Source: an uncultured bacterium
Lineage (GTDB): Bacteria > Spirochaetota > UBA4802 > UB4802
Length of the DNA stretch: 64,000 bases
Direction: 5' to 3'
Assembly (NCBI GenBank): GCA_937920495.1
Contig: CALEUQ010000003.1
Location: 8,522 to 72,521 of the forward strand
Shown here: positions 27,758-39,685 of the stretch, piece after piece
How the letters are laid out: every line of letters begins with the position of its first letter
How positions within the stretch are numbered: the stretch's first letter is position 1
Notes under the pieces: model-generated
What the model was told of the DNA's origin: nothing
What the model saw: the letters and a program-made list of their open reading frames with translations, nothing else
The model's database searches: none
Made by a program: the position numbers and the translations under genes

Positions 27758-27785
27758 AATTACTATCCTTTACATCCAAATAGTC

Positions 27786-28331
27786 TTACTTGCCGGTTTT
27801 ACCAGCTTTCCTCCTGATCTGCTCATCCTTATAACGGATGCCCTTGCCTTTATATGGTTCTGGTGGCCGCAATTTACGAATATTTGCTGCCACCTGCCCT
27901 ACTAACTGCTTGTCAATGCCCTTGACTTTGACCTTTGTTGGTTCAACAACCTCAACCTTTATTCCTTCAGGAGGTGAAAACAGTATGCTGTGCGAATAAC
28001 CCAGCTGAAACTCAACATCATTACTTTTCTGAGTTGCCCTGTATCCAACACCTACTATCTCCAAATTTTTTTCAAATCCACTTGATACACCAACAACCAT
28101 GTTATGTATTAACGCTCGTGTTAAACCCCACAATGCATTAATTTTCTTATCTTTGGACTGTTCATCCTTTTTCGCGATATTAATAACATTATTATCAATA
28201 ACTACATTAATAGCATCCTGCAACTGATACTGCAGTGTTCCTAAAGGACCTTTCACAGTTATCATTCCACCACTCATATCAACTGATACACCATTTGGTA
28301 TCACTATCGGTTTTTTCCCTATTCTAGACAT
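27786..28331 (-). CDS. rplF: 50S ribosomal protein L6
   Basis: MSRIGKKPIVIPNGVSVDMSGGMITVKGPLG. I trimmed the track ORF (to 28379) to the ATG at 28331, 13 nt after the rpsH stop. Confidence 0.95.
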   Translation of the reverse strand: MSRIGKKPIVIPNGVSVDMSGGMITVKGPLGTLQYQLQDAINVVIDNNVINIAKKDEQSKDKKINALWGLTRALIHNMVVGVSSGFEKNLEIVGVGYRATQKSNDVEFQLGYSHSILFSPPEGIKVEVVEPTKVKVKGIDKQLVGQVAANIRKLRPPEPYKGKGIRYKDEQIRRKAGKTGK

Positions 28332-28344
28332 ATCCTGCTGCCCC

Positions 28345-28746
28345 TTATAGAATCTCACATAAAGCTTCTCCGCCGACATTCAACTGTTTGGCGGCTTTAT
28401 TTGTAATAATACCTTTTGATGTAGAAAGAATCATAATCCCCATATTATTGTATACCGGCTTAAGATCTTCTGCTTTGATATAAACTCTTCTGCCCGGTGT
28501 GCTGATTCGCTTCATCTGAATAATAGCTGGCTGATTATCCGCACTATATTTAAGGTATATTCGCAATGTTTTCTGCTTATTATCATCAATTAGTTTAAAA
28601 TTTTTTATAAAACCTTCATCTTTTAAAATCTTTGCAATCGCCATCTTCATTTTCGATGAGGGTATATCAACTTTAACGTGTCCTGCATTAATTGCATTTC
28701 GCATTCGGGTTAACATATCTGCAATTGGATCAGAAATACAACTCAT
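28345..28746 (-). CDS. rpsH: 30S ribosomal protein S8
   Basis: SDPIADMLTRMRNAINAGHVKVDIPSSKMK. Confidence 0.95.
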   Translation of the reverse strand: MSCISDPIADMLTRMRNAINAGHVKVDIPSSKMKMAIAKILKDEGFIKNFKLIDDNKQKTLRIYLKYSADNQPAIIQMKRISTPGRRVYIKAEDLKPVYNNMGIMILSTSKGIITNKAAKQLNVGGEALCEIL

Positions 28747-28770
28747 AACGCTTATACTCCCTATTAAATT

Positions 28771-28956
28771 TTACCAGGATGATTTTTTAACACCCGGAAT
28801 TAAACCTTCACCGGCCAACTTCCGCAAACAAACTCTGCAAAGTTCAAACCGCCTGTAATATCCGCGCGGCCTGCCACAAACCTTACAACGATTTCTATGA
28901 CGAATTTTAAACTTAGGCTCTCTTCTGGCCTTTGCAAACATTCTCTCGCTAGCCAC
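28771..28956 (-). CDS. rpsN: 30S ribosomal protein S14, type Z (zinc-binding, 61 aa)
   Basis: ...[41 protein letters not shown], with CxxC...CxxC. Confidence 0.95.
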   Translation of the reverse strand: MASERMFAKARREPKFKIRHRNRCKVCGRPRGYYRRFELCRVCLRKLAGEGLIPGVKKSSW

Positions 28957-28961
28957 CTGAC

Positions 28962-29513
28962 TTACCTCGCTTCTTGGAATGGAAATCTGAATTCTTCAAG
29001 CAACGCACGTGCCTCACTTGCATTTTTTGCTGTTGTCGTAATTGTTATATTAATACCGTAGATTTTCTCAACTTTATCCAGGTTAATCTCCGGAAATATT
29101 ATCTGCTCTTTTACTGAAAAGTTATAGTTACCTGAATTATCAAATGAATTTGGCGATAGTCCCCTAAAGTCACGCACTCGGGGCAGAGCAACATTAACAA
29201 GCCTGTCTAAGAACTCATACATCTTATCACCACGTAACGTGACACGGGCTCCTACATCATACCCCTCACGAATCTTGAAAGCTGCTATGGATTTCCGTGC
29301 AACAGTTTTCACTGCCCTCTGGCCAGTAATAAGCGACAGCTCTTCAATAATTGATTTAAGCAGGTTGGGATTGGAATGTGCTTCACCTTCGCCAACATTT
29401 AAAACAATTTTTTCAATTTTCGGAATCTGCATAACAGATGAATATTTAAACTTATCCATCAACCGTTTTTTGATATCCTTTTCATATAATATACGCAATC
29501 GTGCTGCCATCAT
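28962..29513 (-). CDS. rplE: 50S ribosomal protein L5
   Basis: ...[20 protein letters not shown]...[30 protein letters not shown]. Confidence 0.95.
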   Translation of the reverse strand: MMAARLRILYEKDIKKRLMDKFKYSSVMQIPKIEKIVLNVGEGEAHSNPNLLKSIIEELSLITGQRAVKTVARKSIAAFKIREGYDVGARVTLRGDKMYEFLDRLVNVALPRVRDFRGLSPNSFDNSGNYNFSVKEQIIFPEINLDKVEKIYGINITITTTAKNASEARALLEEFRFPFQEAR

Positions 29514-29521
29514 TCCCCTCT

Positions 29522-29839
29522 CTAATCAATTCGTTTGCCACATTTTTTGCATACGCGATATTTAGCATCACCATCTATCTTGATACCAACCCTCACAGCT
29601 TTTTTGCATTTTTCACAAAACATCATCACGTTTGAAATGCTTATTGGATATGGCAATTCTATCTGCCCACCTTTTGGATTTTCCTGTGAAGGCCTCACAA
29701 ATTTCTTCCGTAAATTAACACCTTCTATAATTACTCTACCACGCTTTTTGTCAACAAATAGAACCTTGCCTCGCTTGCCTTTATCAGCGCCTGTAGTCAC
29801 CATTACTACATCATCTCTTTTTAATCTAGTTTGTATCAT
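29522..29839 (-). CDS. rplX: 50S ribosomal protein L24 (with C-terminal CxxC...CxxC)
   Basis: [42 protein letters not shown]... C-terminal [29 protein letters not shown]. Confidence 0.95.
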   Translation of the reverse strand: MIQTRLKRDDVVMVTTGADKGKRGKVLFVDKKRGRVIIEGVNLRKKFVRPSQENPKGGQIELPYPISISNVMMFCEKCKKAVRVGIKIDGDAKYRVCKKCGKRID

Positions 29840-29852
29840 AGTAACACCTTTT

Positions 29853-30245
29853 TTATAAAACCTCTGGAGCTAAAGAAACTATTTTCAAAAAATTTCTGTC
29901 ACGCAATTCGCGAGCTACGGGTCCAAATATACGGGAACCCCTGGGTTCGCCCTTAGTATCGATAATTGCAACTGCATTATCATCAAACCGTATATATGAA
30001 CCATCAGGACGTCGCACCGGCTTTGTTGTCCTCACAACCACAGCTCTTAGAACTGCTTTGCCGTGAACTTTCTTCCCGGTTGAATCCTTCAATCCATACG
30101 ATGGATGCGCATCTTTTACAGCAACAATAATGACATCACCAACAGAAGCGTATCTTCTCTTGGTCCCGCCTAATATTTTTATGCACTGCACTCTCTTTAC
30201 ACCACTGTTATCTGCAACATCTAACATTGTTTGAACCTGAATCAT
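29853..30245 (-). CDS. rplN: 50S ribosomal protein L14
   Basis: [27 protein letters not shown]...[25 protein letters not shown]. 130 aa, about 7 longer than the E. coli protein as I remember it. Confidence 0.95.
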   Translation of the reverse strand: MIQVQTMLDVADNSGVKRVQCIKILGGTKRRYASVGDVIIVAVKDAHPSYGLKDSTGKKVHGKAVLRAVVVRTTKPVRRPDGSYIRFDDNAVAIIDTKGEPRGSRIFGPVARELRDRNFLKIVSLAPEVL

Positions 30246-30255
30246 AGCTCTAACC

Positions 30256-30510
30256 CTATTTTACCTTTTCAACTATCTTCACTAAACGATAACGTTTTTC
30301 CTTTGATAAAGGCCTTGTTTCTTCAATAAGAACAACATCACCAACTGAACACTCATTACGTTCATCATGGCTTTTTACTTTCTTAGTTTTTCGTACAAAC
30401 TTATGATATTTGGGATGCATCATCATCCTTTCAATCTCAACAACTACTGTCTTATCCATTTTATTGCTTATTACTTTTCCAACGATCTGTTTTCGGTTTT
30501 TACCTTCCAT
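30256..30510 (-). CDS. rpsQ: 30S ribosomal protein S17
   Basis: [40 protein letters not shown]. Confidence 0.95.
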   Translation of the reverse strand: MEGKNRKQIVGKVISNKMDKTVVVEIERMMMHPKYHKFVRKTKKVKSHDERNECSVGDVVLIEETRPLSKEKRYRLVKIVEKVK

Positions 30511-30528
30511 AGCTATCTACCACCAAAA

Positions 30529-30738
30529 TTATTTACTTCGTAAGTTCCTTTTGCCTAACTCATATTCCCTGAGCAACGTTAAAATTCTTGCAATCTGCCT
30601 TTTAAGCTGCATTGCCTTTTTTGGATTTTCAACCCTGCTCACTGTTCTTTTGAATCGCTCTTTTCGTAATTCTTCTTTTGCTTCCTGCAACGTTCTTTGC
30701 AATTCATCTATTGTCAATTCATCTAATCTACCTTTCAT
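30529..30738 (-). CDS. rpmC: 50S ribosomal protein L29
   Basis: LDELTIDELQRTLQEAKEELRKERFKR. Conserved position between rplP and rpsQ. Confidence 0.9.
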   Translation of the reverse strand: MKGRLDELTIDELQRTLQEAKEELRKERFKRTVSRVENPKKAMQLKRQIARILTLLREYELGKRNLRSK

Positions 30739-30753
30739 TGAACAACTCCAGAA

Positions 30754-31170
30754 CTAATTATTGTCATGTATTGATATTATCTTGGTTTTTACTGGCAATT
30801 TATGTGCAGCCAGCAATAATGCTTCACGAGCAATTGCATCATCAATTCCGGCCAGTTCAAATAATATTCTTCCCGGTTTAATTCGTGCCACAAATCCTTC
30901 CGGGTTACCTTTCCCTTTACCCATTCGTGTTTCAGCCGGCTTTTTGGTAAACGGCCTATCCGGAAAAATTCTAATCCACAGTTTGCCGCCACGCTTAACC
31001 TTACGGCTAATAGCAATACGCGCTGCTTCAATCTGCCGTGAGTTGATCTCACCGCATTCAATTGATTTTAACGCATATTCGCCAAAATGTATTGTGGAAC
31101 CGCGAATTGCCTTCCCCTTCATACGTCCACGATGAACTTTTCTATACCTTGTTCTGTTGGGCATTAACAT
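30754..31170 (-). CDS. rplP: 50S ribosomal protein L16
   Basis: [21 protein letters not shown]...[24 protein letters not shown]. Confidence 0.95.
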   Translation of the reverse strand: MLMPNRTRYRKVHRGRMKGKAIRGSTIHFGEYALKSIECGEINSRQIEAARIAISRKVKRGGKLWIRIFPDRPFTKKPAETRMGKGKGNPEGFVARIKPGRILFELAGIDDAIAREALLLAAHKLPVKTKIISIHDNN

Positions 31171-31190
31171 TGTCGTGCACCTTTATTCAA

Positions 31191-31871
31191 TTATTGTGAT
31201 TTTTTTCGTAATGCAAATTTTTCCTCTTCCCGCTCATCAGCATTTGAGAGCACATCACCATTATATATCCACACCTTAATTCCTATAAGACCAAATGTTG
31301 TTAAAGCTTCAGCAAAACCATAATCAATATCTGCTCTGAGTGTATGCAATGGTATTCTACCTTCTTTATATGCTTCTTCCCTGGCCATTTCAGCACCATT
31401 CAAGCGTCCTGAGATATTCACCTTAATGCCCAGCGCACCACTCCGCATTGCAGCGGTAATAGCTTGTTTAATAGCTCTACGGTATGGAAAACGATTTTCA
31501 ATCTGCGCAGCAATTTGCTCTGCTACAAGCTTTGCAACTCGCTCAGGTTTTTTAACTTCCTGAACATAAATATTCACATTTTTCTGAACTCTCTTCTGTA
31601 ATTCTTCCTTCAAATTTTCAATATCAACACCCTTGCGGCCAATAAGCAATCCCGGCCTGGCAGTATGAATATATACATTAATTCTGTCAGGAAAACGCTC
31701 AATACCAACCTTTGCAATCCCTGCGGTTTTAAATTTATTCATAACAAACTTGCGTATTTGAATATCTTCATGGAGGTTTTTCCGATATTCATCCTTTTCG
31801 GCAAACCATACTGAATCCCATGTTCTAATAATTCCTACCCTAAGTCCTGTTGGATTAACTTTTTGTCCCAT
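31191..31871 (-). CDS. rpsC: 30S ribosomal protein S3
   Basis: [24 protein letters not shown]... Confidence 0.95.
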   Translation of the reverse strand: MGQKVNPTGLRVGIIRTWDSVWFAEKDEYRKNLHEDIQIRKFVMNKFKTAGIAKVGIERFPDRINVYIHTARPGLLIGRKGVDIENLKEELQKRVQKNVNIYVQEVKKPERVAKLVAEQIAAQIENRFPYRRAIKQAITAAMRSGALGIKVNISGRLNGAEMAREEAYKEGRIPLHTLRADIDYGFAEALTTFGLIGIKVWIYNGDVLSNADEREEEKFALRKKSQ

Positions 31872-31889
31872 TATTGCACCTTTTACTGA

Positions 31890-32228
31890 TTAATTTTCAT
31901 CAGATAAAATTATTTCAATTGTACTGGTTCTTTTACGTATCCTCGAAGCCCGTCCACGTGCACGAGGTCTAAATCGTTTCATAGTAGGTCCCTCGTCCAC
32001 AACAATCTTCTTGATATATAAAGTATTTTCCCTTACATCTGGATTGCTATATTTAGCATTTGCCGCTGCTGAATAAAGCGTTTTCATAATGACTTTTGAT
32101 GCTTTCCTTGGTATTGCCTTTAAAATATCAATGGCTTCAGGAAAGGAAAAACCCCTAATTTCATCCGCAACCAGGCGCGCCTTTCTGGCAGAAATCCTGT
32201 TATATCGTGACAAAGCCCTCGTTTCCAT
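31890..32228 (-). CDS. rplV: 50S ribosomal protein L22
   Basis: ...[15 protein letters not shown]...[27 protein letters not shown]. Confidence 0.95.
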   Translation of the reverse strand: METRALSRYNRISARKARLVADEIRGFSFPEAIDILKAIPRKASKVIMKTLYSAAANAKYSNPDVRENTLYIKKIVVDEGPTMKRFRPRARGRASRIRKRTSTIEIILSDEN

Positions 32229-32229
32229 T

Positions 32230-32517
32230 TTATTTGCCCCTCTTTGCTACCTTATCATCTTTTCCTGCATGACCCCTGAATGTCCTGGTGGGTGCAAACT
32301 CACCCAGTTTATGCCCAACCATATTCTCGGTTACATATACTGGAATAAAATTCTTCCCATTGTGAACCATAATAGTATGGCCAATCATCTCAGGGAATAT
32401 GGTAGACCTTCTTGACCATGTTTTAATGGCTTTCTTAGTATTGGTTGAGTTCATTTCCTCAATTTTCTTAAATAATTTTATATCAACATACGGTCCTTTT
32501 TTCAATGAACGAGCCAT
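32230..32517 (-). CDS. rpsS: 30S ribosomal protein S19
   Basis: [12 protein letters not shown]...[51 protein letters not shown]. Confidence 0.95.
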   Translation of the reverse strand: MARSLKKGPYVDIKLFKKIEEMNSTNTKKAIKTWSRRSTIFPEMIGHTIMVHNGKNFIPVYVTENMVGHKLGEFAPTRTFRGHAGKDDKVAKRGK

Positions 32518-32522
32518 AGCAA

Positions 32523-33347
32523 TTACTTCCTTCGTTTAATAATCATTTTGTCGCTGTATTTCTTCTTCTTCCTGGTTTTATACCCTTTGGTGGGCTTACC
32601 AGTTGGAGAACAGGGATGCCTCCCTCCAGATGACTTACCTTCACCACCACCAAGCGGATGGTCAACCGGGTTCATTGCCACACCTCTTACCTTTGGCCGT
32701 CTGCCTAACCATCGGCTCCTCCCGGCTTTACCAATATCCACATTGATATGATCTTTATTGCTTACCTCACCGATGGTTGCAAAACATTCACTATGGATTT
32801 TTCTGATCTCTCCTGAAGGCAATTTAATCAGGCAGTAATCACCTTCTTTTGCCGTGATAACAGCACTCACACCCGCTGAACGCACAAGCTGCCCACCTTT
32901 ACCTTTATGCAACTCAATATTATAAATATTGGTACCATCCGGTATATTTTTTAAAGGCATTGCATTGCCTGGTTTCACTTCAACATTTTCGCCGGAAATG
33001 ATTGTATCGCCCACCTTAACCGAGTCAGGTGCAACGATATATCTTTTTTCACCATCTTTATATACTATCAACGCAATATTTGCACTTCTGTTTGGATCAT
33101 ACTCTATCGATGCAACTTTGCCTTCGATATTGTATTTATTGCGCTTGAAATCAATAATTCTATAGCGGCGCTTATGACCACCACCTTTTCTCCTGACCGA
33201 AATCTGGCCCTTGAACCCCCTGCCTGCATGGCTTTTCTTTCCTTTTGTGAGTGACTTCAACGGTTCATCAGTGGTAATCTCACTGAAATCCAGCACTGTC
33301 TGATATCGCAGTGTCGGTGTTAATGGTCGATACTTTTTCAAACCCAT
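32523..33347 (-). CDS. rplB: 50S ribosomal protein L2
   Basis: [16 protein letters not shown]...[31 protein letters not shown]. Confidence 0.95.
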   Translation of the reverse strand: MGLKKYRPLTPTLRYQTVLDFSEITTDEPLKSLTKGKKSHAGRGFKGQISVRRKGGGHKRRYRIIDFKRNKYNIEGKVASIEYDPNRSANIALIVYKDGEKRYIVAPDSVKVGDTIISGENVEVKPGNAMPLKNIPDGTNIYNIELHKGKGGQLVRSAGVSAVITAKEGDYCLIKLPSGEIRKIHSECFATIGEVSNKDHINVDIGKAGRSRWLGRRPKVRGVAMNPVDHPLGGGEGKSSGGRHPCSPTGKPTKGYKTRKKKKYSDKMIIKRRK

Positions 33348-33380
33348 TGTCGTTACCTTTATCGCTATAGTAAAAATTTC

Positions 33381-33665
33381 TTATTTTGATTCAAAGACTT
33401 CAATCTTATCGCCTTCTTTTAATGTTACTATCGCTTTTTTCCAGGATGCAGTATACCCGTAGTTATAGCGGACTCTTTTGCGCTTGCCCCGCACAACCAT
33501 AACATTCACTTTTAGCGGTGTAACACCAAAAATACTGCGTATAGCCTTATCTATCATATCCTTATTTGCTTTCTTGTGCACTCTGAACACATACTTATTT
33601 TGTTTTGCAAGCTCTGTTGCCTTTTCTGTTATAACAGGGCGTATGATGATATCGTTAACATCCAT
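33381..33665 (-). CDS. rplW: 50S ribosomal protein L23
   Basis: IIRPVITEKATELAKQNKYVFRVHKKANK. Conserved operon position. Confidence 0.95.
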   Translation of the reverse strand: MDVNDIIIRPVITEKATELAKQNKYVFRVHKKANKDMIDKAIRSIFGVTPLKVNVMVVRGKRKRVRYNYGYTASWKKAIVTLKEGDKIEVFESK

Positions 33666-33667
33666 AA

Positions 33668-34294
33668 TTACTCACCTTTTGCATACTTCGAATTGATAAT
33701 TTGTGCAGCACTTTCGGTTAGTACAACCGTCTGAGTATAGTAAATATCCCTGCTTGACAAACGTTTCACGTTATTATACACAAACCATGGAATATTTCGG
33801 ATTGCCCTTTTCAGCATCACATCTTCACTATCAGTGATCAAAACACCTTTCTTAATATTAAGATTTTTTGCTATTGCAGCTATATCCTTAGTTTTGCCAC
33901 TGGCCACTGAAAAATCCTCAACAACCTTTACTGCTCCTTCCTTAAACTTTAATGATAACAAGGAGCGATATGCTTCACGCTTTATGCCTTTAGGTAGTTC
34001 AATACGATAATCACGTGGATGAGGCCCAAATACTACACCACCGCCTTTCCACTGCGGAGCACGAATAGACCCCTGACGCGCTCTACCTGTACCTTTTTGC
34101 CTCCATGGTTTTGCTCCGCCACCCGATACATCACAACGTTCACGGGTATCATGAGTACCCTGACGCAAATTAGCATTTGCAGCCTTAATTAATTCATATA
34201 TCAGAACATCATTAACTTTTGCATTAAAGACGGTCTCATTCAACTCAATCTGCCCTTTAACTTTTCCATCTACTGTATATACATCAACAACCAT
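33668..34294 (-). CDS. rplD: 50S ribosomal protein L4
   Basis: ...GGGAKPWRQKGTGRARQGSIRAPQWKGGGVVFGPHPRDY. Confidence 0.95.
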   Translation of the reverse strand: MVVDVYTVDGKVKGQIELNETVFNAKVNDVLIYELIKAANANLRQGTHDTRERCDVSGGGAKPWRQKGTGRARQGSIRAPQWKGGGVVFGPHPRDYRIELPKGIKREAYRSLLSLKFKEGAVKVVEDFSVASGKTKDIAAIAKNLNIKKGVLITDSEDVMLKRAIRNIPWFVYNNVKRLSSRDIYYTQTVVLTESAAQIINSKYAKGE

Positions 34295-34305
34295 AATAAC
34301 CCTGC

Positions 34306-34923
34306 CTATTTGCTTTGTACTGTAATAATCGAATTAACGGTACCAGGGATAGCACCGGATATTAATACCAGGTTCTTATCTTTTATTATTTTTACTATCT
34401 TTAAATTTTTGACAGTTACAGTTTTTCCACCATGTCTTCCCGGTAACCTTTTCCCTTTCCAAACTTCAGCAGGAAAAGTATTTGCTCCTATGGAACCCGG
34501 CGCCCTGTGGAAGTTAGAACCATGAGTTTCTCTACCACCATGGAATCCATGCCTCTTAATGACACCCGCAAAGCCTTTACCCTTGGAAACACCGGTGACA
34601 TCAACTATCTGGTTCTCAGAGAATATCTCACAGGTTATAACACTTCCTACTTGAAGATTTTCATCAAAATTTTCTACTTCTTTAAATATTTTCACTAAAG
34701 GAAGATTCTTCTTATTTAAATCCTGTAAAATCGGTTTTGTAAGACGATGAGCTTTTGCTTCACCATATCCCAGCTTCAATGCATTATATCCGTCCTTTTC
34801 CACGGTCTTCTTCTGTACCACAACGCACGGACCAAGTTCACACACAGTAACAGGAACCACTGTCCCATCGTCCAAAAACATCTGACTCATCCCTATCTTT
34901 TTGCCAATTAAAGCCTTTTTCAT
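34306..34923 (-). CDS. rplC: 50S ribosomal protein L3
   Basis: LIGKKIGMSQMFLDDGTVVPVTV...GVSKGKGFAGVIKRHGFHGG. Confidence 0.95.
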   Translation of the reverse strand: MKKALIGKKIGMSQMFLDDGTVVPVTVCELGPCVVVQKKTVEKDGYNALKLGYGEAKAHRLTKPILQDLNKKNLPLVKIFKEVENFDENLQVGSVITCEIFSENQIVDVTGVSKGKGFAGVIKRHGFHGGRETHGSNFHRAPGSIGANTFPAEVWKGKRLPGRHGGKTVTVKNLKIVKIIKDKNLVLISGAIPGTVNSIITVQSK

Positions 34924-35006
34924 TTTCCTATCCCATGCATCGATTATAAGACTATCACACTCTTTATCAAGAGCTATTTAACAAACTTCCATGAAAGATG
35001 AAGTAA

Positions 35007-35324
35007 TTATGATTTTATATCTACAGAAACACCAGCAGGCAATTCCAACTTCATAAGCGCTTCAACAGTATCGGAGTTAGGATCGATGATATCGATCAGA
35101 CGCTTATGAGTCCGTATTTCAAACTGCTCACGCGACTTCTTATTAACATGAGGTGAACGCAGCACACAGAATTTTTCAATTCGAGTGGGTAGCGGTATGG
35201 GACCTGCTACCTTTGCACCACTCCTGTTAGTTGTCGCAACTATTTTTGCTGCCGATTGATCTAATAAATATGGATCAAATGATCTCAATTTTACTCTGAT
35301 TCGTTGTCCCGTAAGCTTTGCCAC
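35007..35324 (-). CDS. rpsJ: 30S ribosomal protein S10
   Basis: [23 protein letters not shown]...[29 protein letters not shown]. The start codon is GTG (plus-strand cac at 35322-35324). Confidence 0.95.
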   Translation of the reverse strand: MAKLTGQRIRVKLRSFDPYLLDQSAAKIVATTNRSGAKVAGPIPLPTRIEKFCVLRSPHVNKKSREQFEIRTHKRLIDIIDPNSDTVEALMKLELPAGVSVDIKS

Positions 35325-35427
35325 TGTAACACCTTTCTTTCATCCAAATATCAAATTATAATATTCACATACAATAAGATCGCAAACAACAATCTTTTTA
35401 ACGGATAATTTTTCAGTTGTATTGTAA

Positions 35428-35466
35428 ATAGTTGTCAGGTTGATTGCGCACCAGCCTGACAACTAT
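35428..35466 (-). terminator. 12-bp perfect hairpin downstream of tuf
   Basis: ATAGTTGTCAGG, a 15-nt loop, then CCTGACAACTAT. No clean U-run follows, so it could instead be a processing or stability element. Confidence 0.35.
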
Positions 35467-35497
35467 CAAATTAGCAAATTATTAATCAATAATTTAT

Positions 35498-36712
35498 TTA
35501 TTCTAATATTTTAGCAACTACACCAGCACCAACAGTTCTTCCACCTTCACGTATTGCAAACCTGAGCGTTTCTTCCATGGCAACCGGAGTGATAAGCTCT
35601 ACCACCATCTTAATATTGTCACCTGGCATAACCATCTCCACACCTTCAGGCAACTGAATAATGCCGGTTACGTCAGTAGTTCTGAAATAGAACTGTGGGC
35701 GATAGTTACTGAAGAATGGAGTATGCCGGCCACCTTCTTCTTTTGACAATACATACACTTCAGCTTCAAATTTTTTGTGCGGTGTGATTGAACCTGGTTT
35801 TGCCAATACCTGCCCTCGCTCAACTTCATCCTTACCTGTACCACGGAGCAGACATCCAACATTGTCACCTGCAATACCCTCATCCAGAATCTTCCTGAAC
35901 ATTTCCACACCGGTAACAACAGTCTTTTTGGTTTCGCCAAAACCCACTATCTCAACTTCATCACCAGTCCTTACAACCCCACGCTCAATTCTTCCGGTCA
36001 CAACAGTGCCACGTCCGGTAATCGAGAATACGTCTTCAATAGGCATAAGGAATGGTTTATCCCTGTCACGTTTGGGCTCAGGCACATATGTATCAAGTGT
36101 TTCAGCTAATTTCAAAATTGGTCCGCATGCTTCACACTCCTTTTTCCCACAGCCACACTGCATGGCTTTTAATGCAGAACCTGGAATAATAGGAATTGTG
36201 TCCCCAGGGAACTCATATTTATTGAGAAGATCCCTAATTTCCATTTCAACCAGCTCAACAAGCTCATCCCTGTCAGCCGGGTCAAGCATGTCAACCTTAT
36301 TTAAAAATACAATTATATAAGGAACGTTAACCTGGCGGGCTAAAAGAACGTGCTCTTTTGTCTGAGGCATTGGGCCATCAGTTGCTGCAACAACAAGGAT
36401 AGCAGCATCCATCTGAGCAGCACCAGTAATCATGTTCTTTATATAGTCGGCATGGCCAGGACAGTCAACATGCGCATAATGCCGGTTGGGCGTTTCATAC
36501 TCCTGATGCGAAGTAGCAATCGTTATACCTCGTGCTTTTTCTTCTGGCGCGTTATCTATCTGATCAAATTCTACAGGTTTATTATTGCCACCGTATGCAG
36601 CAGCAAGAACTTTTGTAATTGCAGATGTTAATGTTGTCTTTCCATGGTCAATGTGACCTATTGTTCCAACATTGACGTGTGGTTTCGACCGTTCAAATTT
36701 TGCCTTTGCCAT
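35498..36712 (-). CDS. tuf: elongation factor Tu (with a Cys4 insertion in domain I)
   Basis: [27 protein letters not shown]...DCPGHADY...NKVD... 404 aa. Confidence 0.97.
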   Translation of the reverse strand: MAKAKFERSKPHVNVGTIGHIDHGKTTLTSAITKVLAAAYGGNNKPVEFDQIDNAPEEKARGITIATSHQEYETPNRHYAHVDCPGHADYIKNMITGAAQMDAAILVVAATDGPMPQTKEHVLLARQVNVPYIIVFLNKVDMLDPADRDELVELVEMEIRDLLNKYEFPGDTIPIIPGSALKAMQCGCGKKECEACGPILKLAETLDTYVPEPKRDRDKPFLMPIEDVFSITGRGTVVTGRIERGVVRTGDEVEIVGFGETKKTVVTGVEMFRKILDEGIAGDNVGCLLRGTGKDEVERGQVLAKPGSITPHKKFEAEVYVLSKEEGGRHTPFFSNYRPQFYFRTTDVTGIIQLPEGVEMVMPGDNIKMVVELITPVAMEETLRFAIREGGRTVGAGVVAKILE

Positions 36713-36997
36713 TTGCTATCTCCTTTATAAAAATAATAAATTTCAATATATCACACAAACACAGTAATACAATACATACTAAAACAAATCGTAAAGATTT
36801 AACAACTCTATGATCGTTAGAAAGTATTACATTTAGATAACACAAACTTCCACATCATCTATTTTGGTGCAAAACAATGGAAGTGTGTGAATTAAAAAAA
36901 TATATGCTTTATCTGTCAACTAATTTATTGCGTAATTTACAAAATATCAAATATTTTTTTATAAAAATTAAAATTAATTTTTCACCATCATTTCAGG

Positions 36998-39076
36998 CTA
37001 TACAGGGCGATAGTAACTGCCAAGAACCTTTTCCATTACCGTCTGAGGGACAACCTCATAGTGGCTGAACTGTAATGTATGCGATGCTCTTCCCTGACTG
37101 AGTGACCGTACAGAGGTTGCATAACCAAATGCTTCAGCCAGTGGCACAAATGCATCTATAACCTTTAACATACCACGTATATCAATATGTTCAATTTTCC
37201 CGCGACGTGAATTGATATCATTGATTATGTCACCCATATACTCATCAGGAACCACAACTTCAAGCTTCATAACAGGCTCAAGCAGCATGGGACTTGCTTT
37301 CCTTGCTGCATCCCTGAATGCCATCGTCGCGGCAATCCGGTATGCGTGATCAACCGATGCATCCTCACGGTATTTTGCATCCTGTAATACAACCCGTATT
37401 CTGGTCATCTCATACCCGGCTATTACGCCAGAGGTGAGCGCATCCTGGCAACCCATCTTTACAGCTTGTATGCAGTTTTCCGGTAACACTGTGGTATCCA
37501 CCTTTGTGACAAACTCAAAGGAACTATCGCACGGACTTACCTCAAGCAATACATGACCATACTGCAATTTGCCGGCTATCTCTTTTTCAAACACTCCTTC
37601 GGCCTTTGCACTTGCTGTTACCGTTTCTTTATATGCAACCTGTGGTTTTCCAACATTGACAAGCACATTGAACTCACGCTGCAGCCTGTCAACAATGATT
37701 TCAAGATGCAACTCACCCATACCTGATATGATCGTTTGTCCACTTTCCTCATCAATTTTAACAAAAAATGTTGGATCCTCTTCCTCTAATCGTTTCAGTA
37801 CCGTATGCAATTTCTCCAGGTCGGCCCTGGTTTTGGGCTCAACTGCCCGTGCTATCACCGGTTCCGGAAAATCCATCTTTTCAAGAAGTATTGGCGCATC
37901 AACTGATGTAATGGTATCACCTGTCTGAGCAAATCGTAAGCCTACAAGCGCAGCAATATCTCCCGTAAGTATTTCTTTTATGTCTTCACGATCATTGGCA
38001 TGCATTCGCAAGATTCTGCCAATACGCTCCTTTTTCTGCTTATTGACATTAAGAACAGTATCACCAGCTGCCAGATGCCCTGAATAAACTCTTACATAAC
38101 ACAACTTGCCCACGTATGGATCACTTGCTATCTTAAATACCAGTGCGCAGAAAGGTTCTTTGTCATCCGGATGCCGCTCTATAATCGTATCATCATGCTG
38201 TGCATCGTGTCCCTTAATAGCGGGAATATCCTTAGGCGAAGGCAGATAATCAATAATAGCATCAATCAGTGGCTGCACACCTTTATTCTTCAACGCACTC
38301 CCGCACAATACCGGAAACAGTGCTGTTTTTAGAGTTGCATTTCGAATGGCGCGTTTTAACTCGGTTTCCGTTATTTCCACGCCTTCAAGATATTTTTCCA
38401 GCATTTCCTCATCGTATTCTGCAACCAATTCAATAAGGTGCTCGCGGTAATAAAGCGCTTCATCATGATATTCTTCAGGTATTGAAACGACCTCATAATG
38501 CTCACCCAGCTGGTCAGTCCACACCAGTGCCTTCATCTGCACTATATCAATGACCCCTTTGTAGCTTTCTTCCTTGCCATACGGGATTTGCAGGGGCAGC
38601 GGGATTGAATACAATCGTTCCTTTATCATGGCAAGGCAATTTTCAAAATCAGCCCCTATCCTATCCATTTTATTTACAAAGCATATGCGCGGTACATTAT
38701 AGTGAGTGGCCTGCCGCCACACTGTTTCACTCTGTGGTTCCACTCCGGCAACGGCATCAAATACGGCGATAGCTCCGTCTAAAACTCTCAGGCTTCGTTC
38801 CACCTCAACAGTAAAATCAACGTGCCCTGGCGTGTCTATGATATTAATGCGCGTATTTTTCCAATAAGTTGTAGTAGCAGCGGCAGTGATGGTAATACCA
38901 CGCTCCTTTTCCTGAATCATCCAGTCCATCTCTGCAGTCCCATCATGGACTTCACCAATTTTATAGGTCTTACCGGTATAATAAAGTATACGCTCGGTTA
39001 ATGTGGTTTTACCCGCATCAATATGAGCCATTATTCCAATATTTCGTGTTCTATGTAATGGTAACTCTCTTCCCAT
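36998..39076 (-). CDS. fusA: elongation factor G
   Basis: [36 protein letters not shown] trimmed the track ORF (to 39166) to the ATG at 39076. Confidence 0.95.
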   Translation of the reverse strand: MGRELPLHRTRNIGIMAHIDAGKTTLTERILYYTGKTYKIGEVHDGTAEMDWMIQEKERGITITAAATTTYWKNTRINIIDTPGHVDFTVEVERSLRVLDGAIAVFDAVAGVEPQSETVWRQATHYNVPRICFVNKMDRIGADFENCLAMIKERLYSIPLPLQIPYGKEESYKGVIDIVQMKALVWTDQLGEHYEVVSIPEEYHDEALYYREHLIELVAEYDEEMLEKYLEGVEITETELKRAIRNATLKTALFPVLCGSALKNKGVQPLIDAIIDYLPSPKDIPAIKGHDAQHDDTIIERHPDDKEPFCALVFKIASDPYVGKLCYVRVYSGHLAAGDTVLNVNKQKKERIGRILRMHANDREDIKEILTGDIAALVGLRFAQTGDTITSVDAPILLEKMDFPEPVIARAVEPKTRADLEKLHTVLKRLEEEDPTFFVKIDEESGQTIISGMGELHLEIIVDRLQREFNVLVNVGKPQVAYKETVTASAKAEGVFEKEIAGKLQYGHVLLEVSPCDSSFEFVTKVDTTVLPENCIQAVKMGCQDALTSGVIAGYEMTRIRVVLQDAKYREDASVDHAYRIAATMAFRDAARKASPMLLEPVMKLEVVVPDEYMGDIINDINSRRGKIEHIDIRGMLKVIDAFVPLAEAFGYATSVRSLSQGRASHTLQFSHYEVVPQTVMEKVLGSYYRPV

Positions 39077-39118
39077 ACTACCCGAACTATATATAATTAA
39101 TTTATAATAAAGCATCAA

Positions 39119-39141
39119 ATACCAGGGGGATACCCTGGTAT
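39119..39141 (-). other. stable hairpin inside the str operon (rpsG-fusA spacer)
   Basis: ATACCAGGG-ggata-CCCTGGTAT, a 9-bp perfect stem. On the transcribed strand it is followed by TTGATGCTTTATTAT. Confidence 0.5.
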
Positions 39142-39181
39142 TCAAAACTTGATAGCTTCTCAACAAAAAGTAAAAGTATAA

Positions 39182-39661
<480 letters not shown>

Positions 39662-39685
39662 TCACTATACCAAATAATTATTACA

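Noticed and set aside
29522-29620. CxxC...CxxC in L24, and the zinc-type S14, L33, L36 and S4.
   Set aside because: Cys-containing (C+) ribosomal protein paralog forms are well known, and I recall a Thermus L24 with the same motif. They are informative for zinc biology but not novel.
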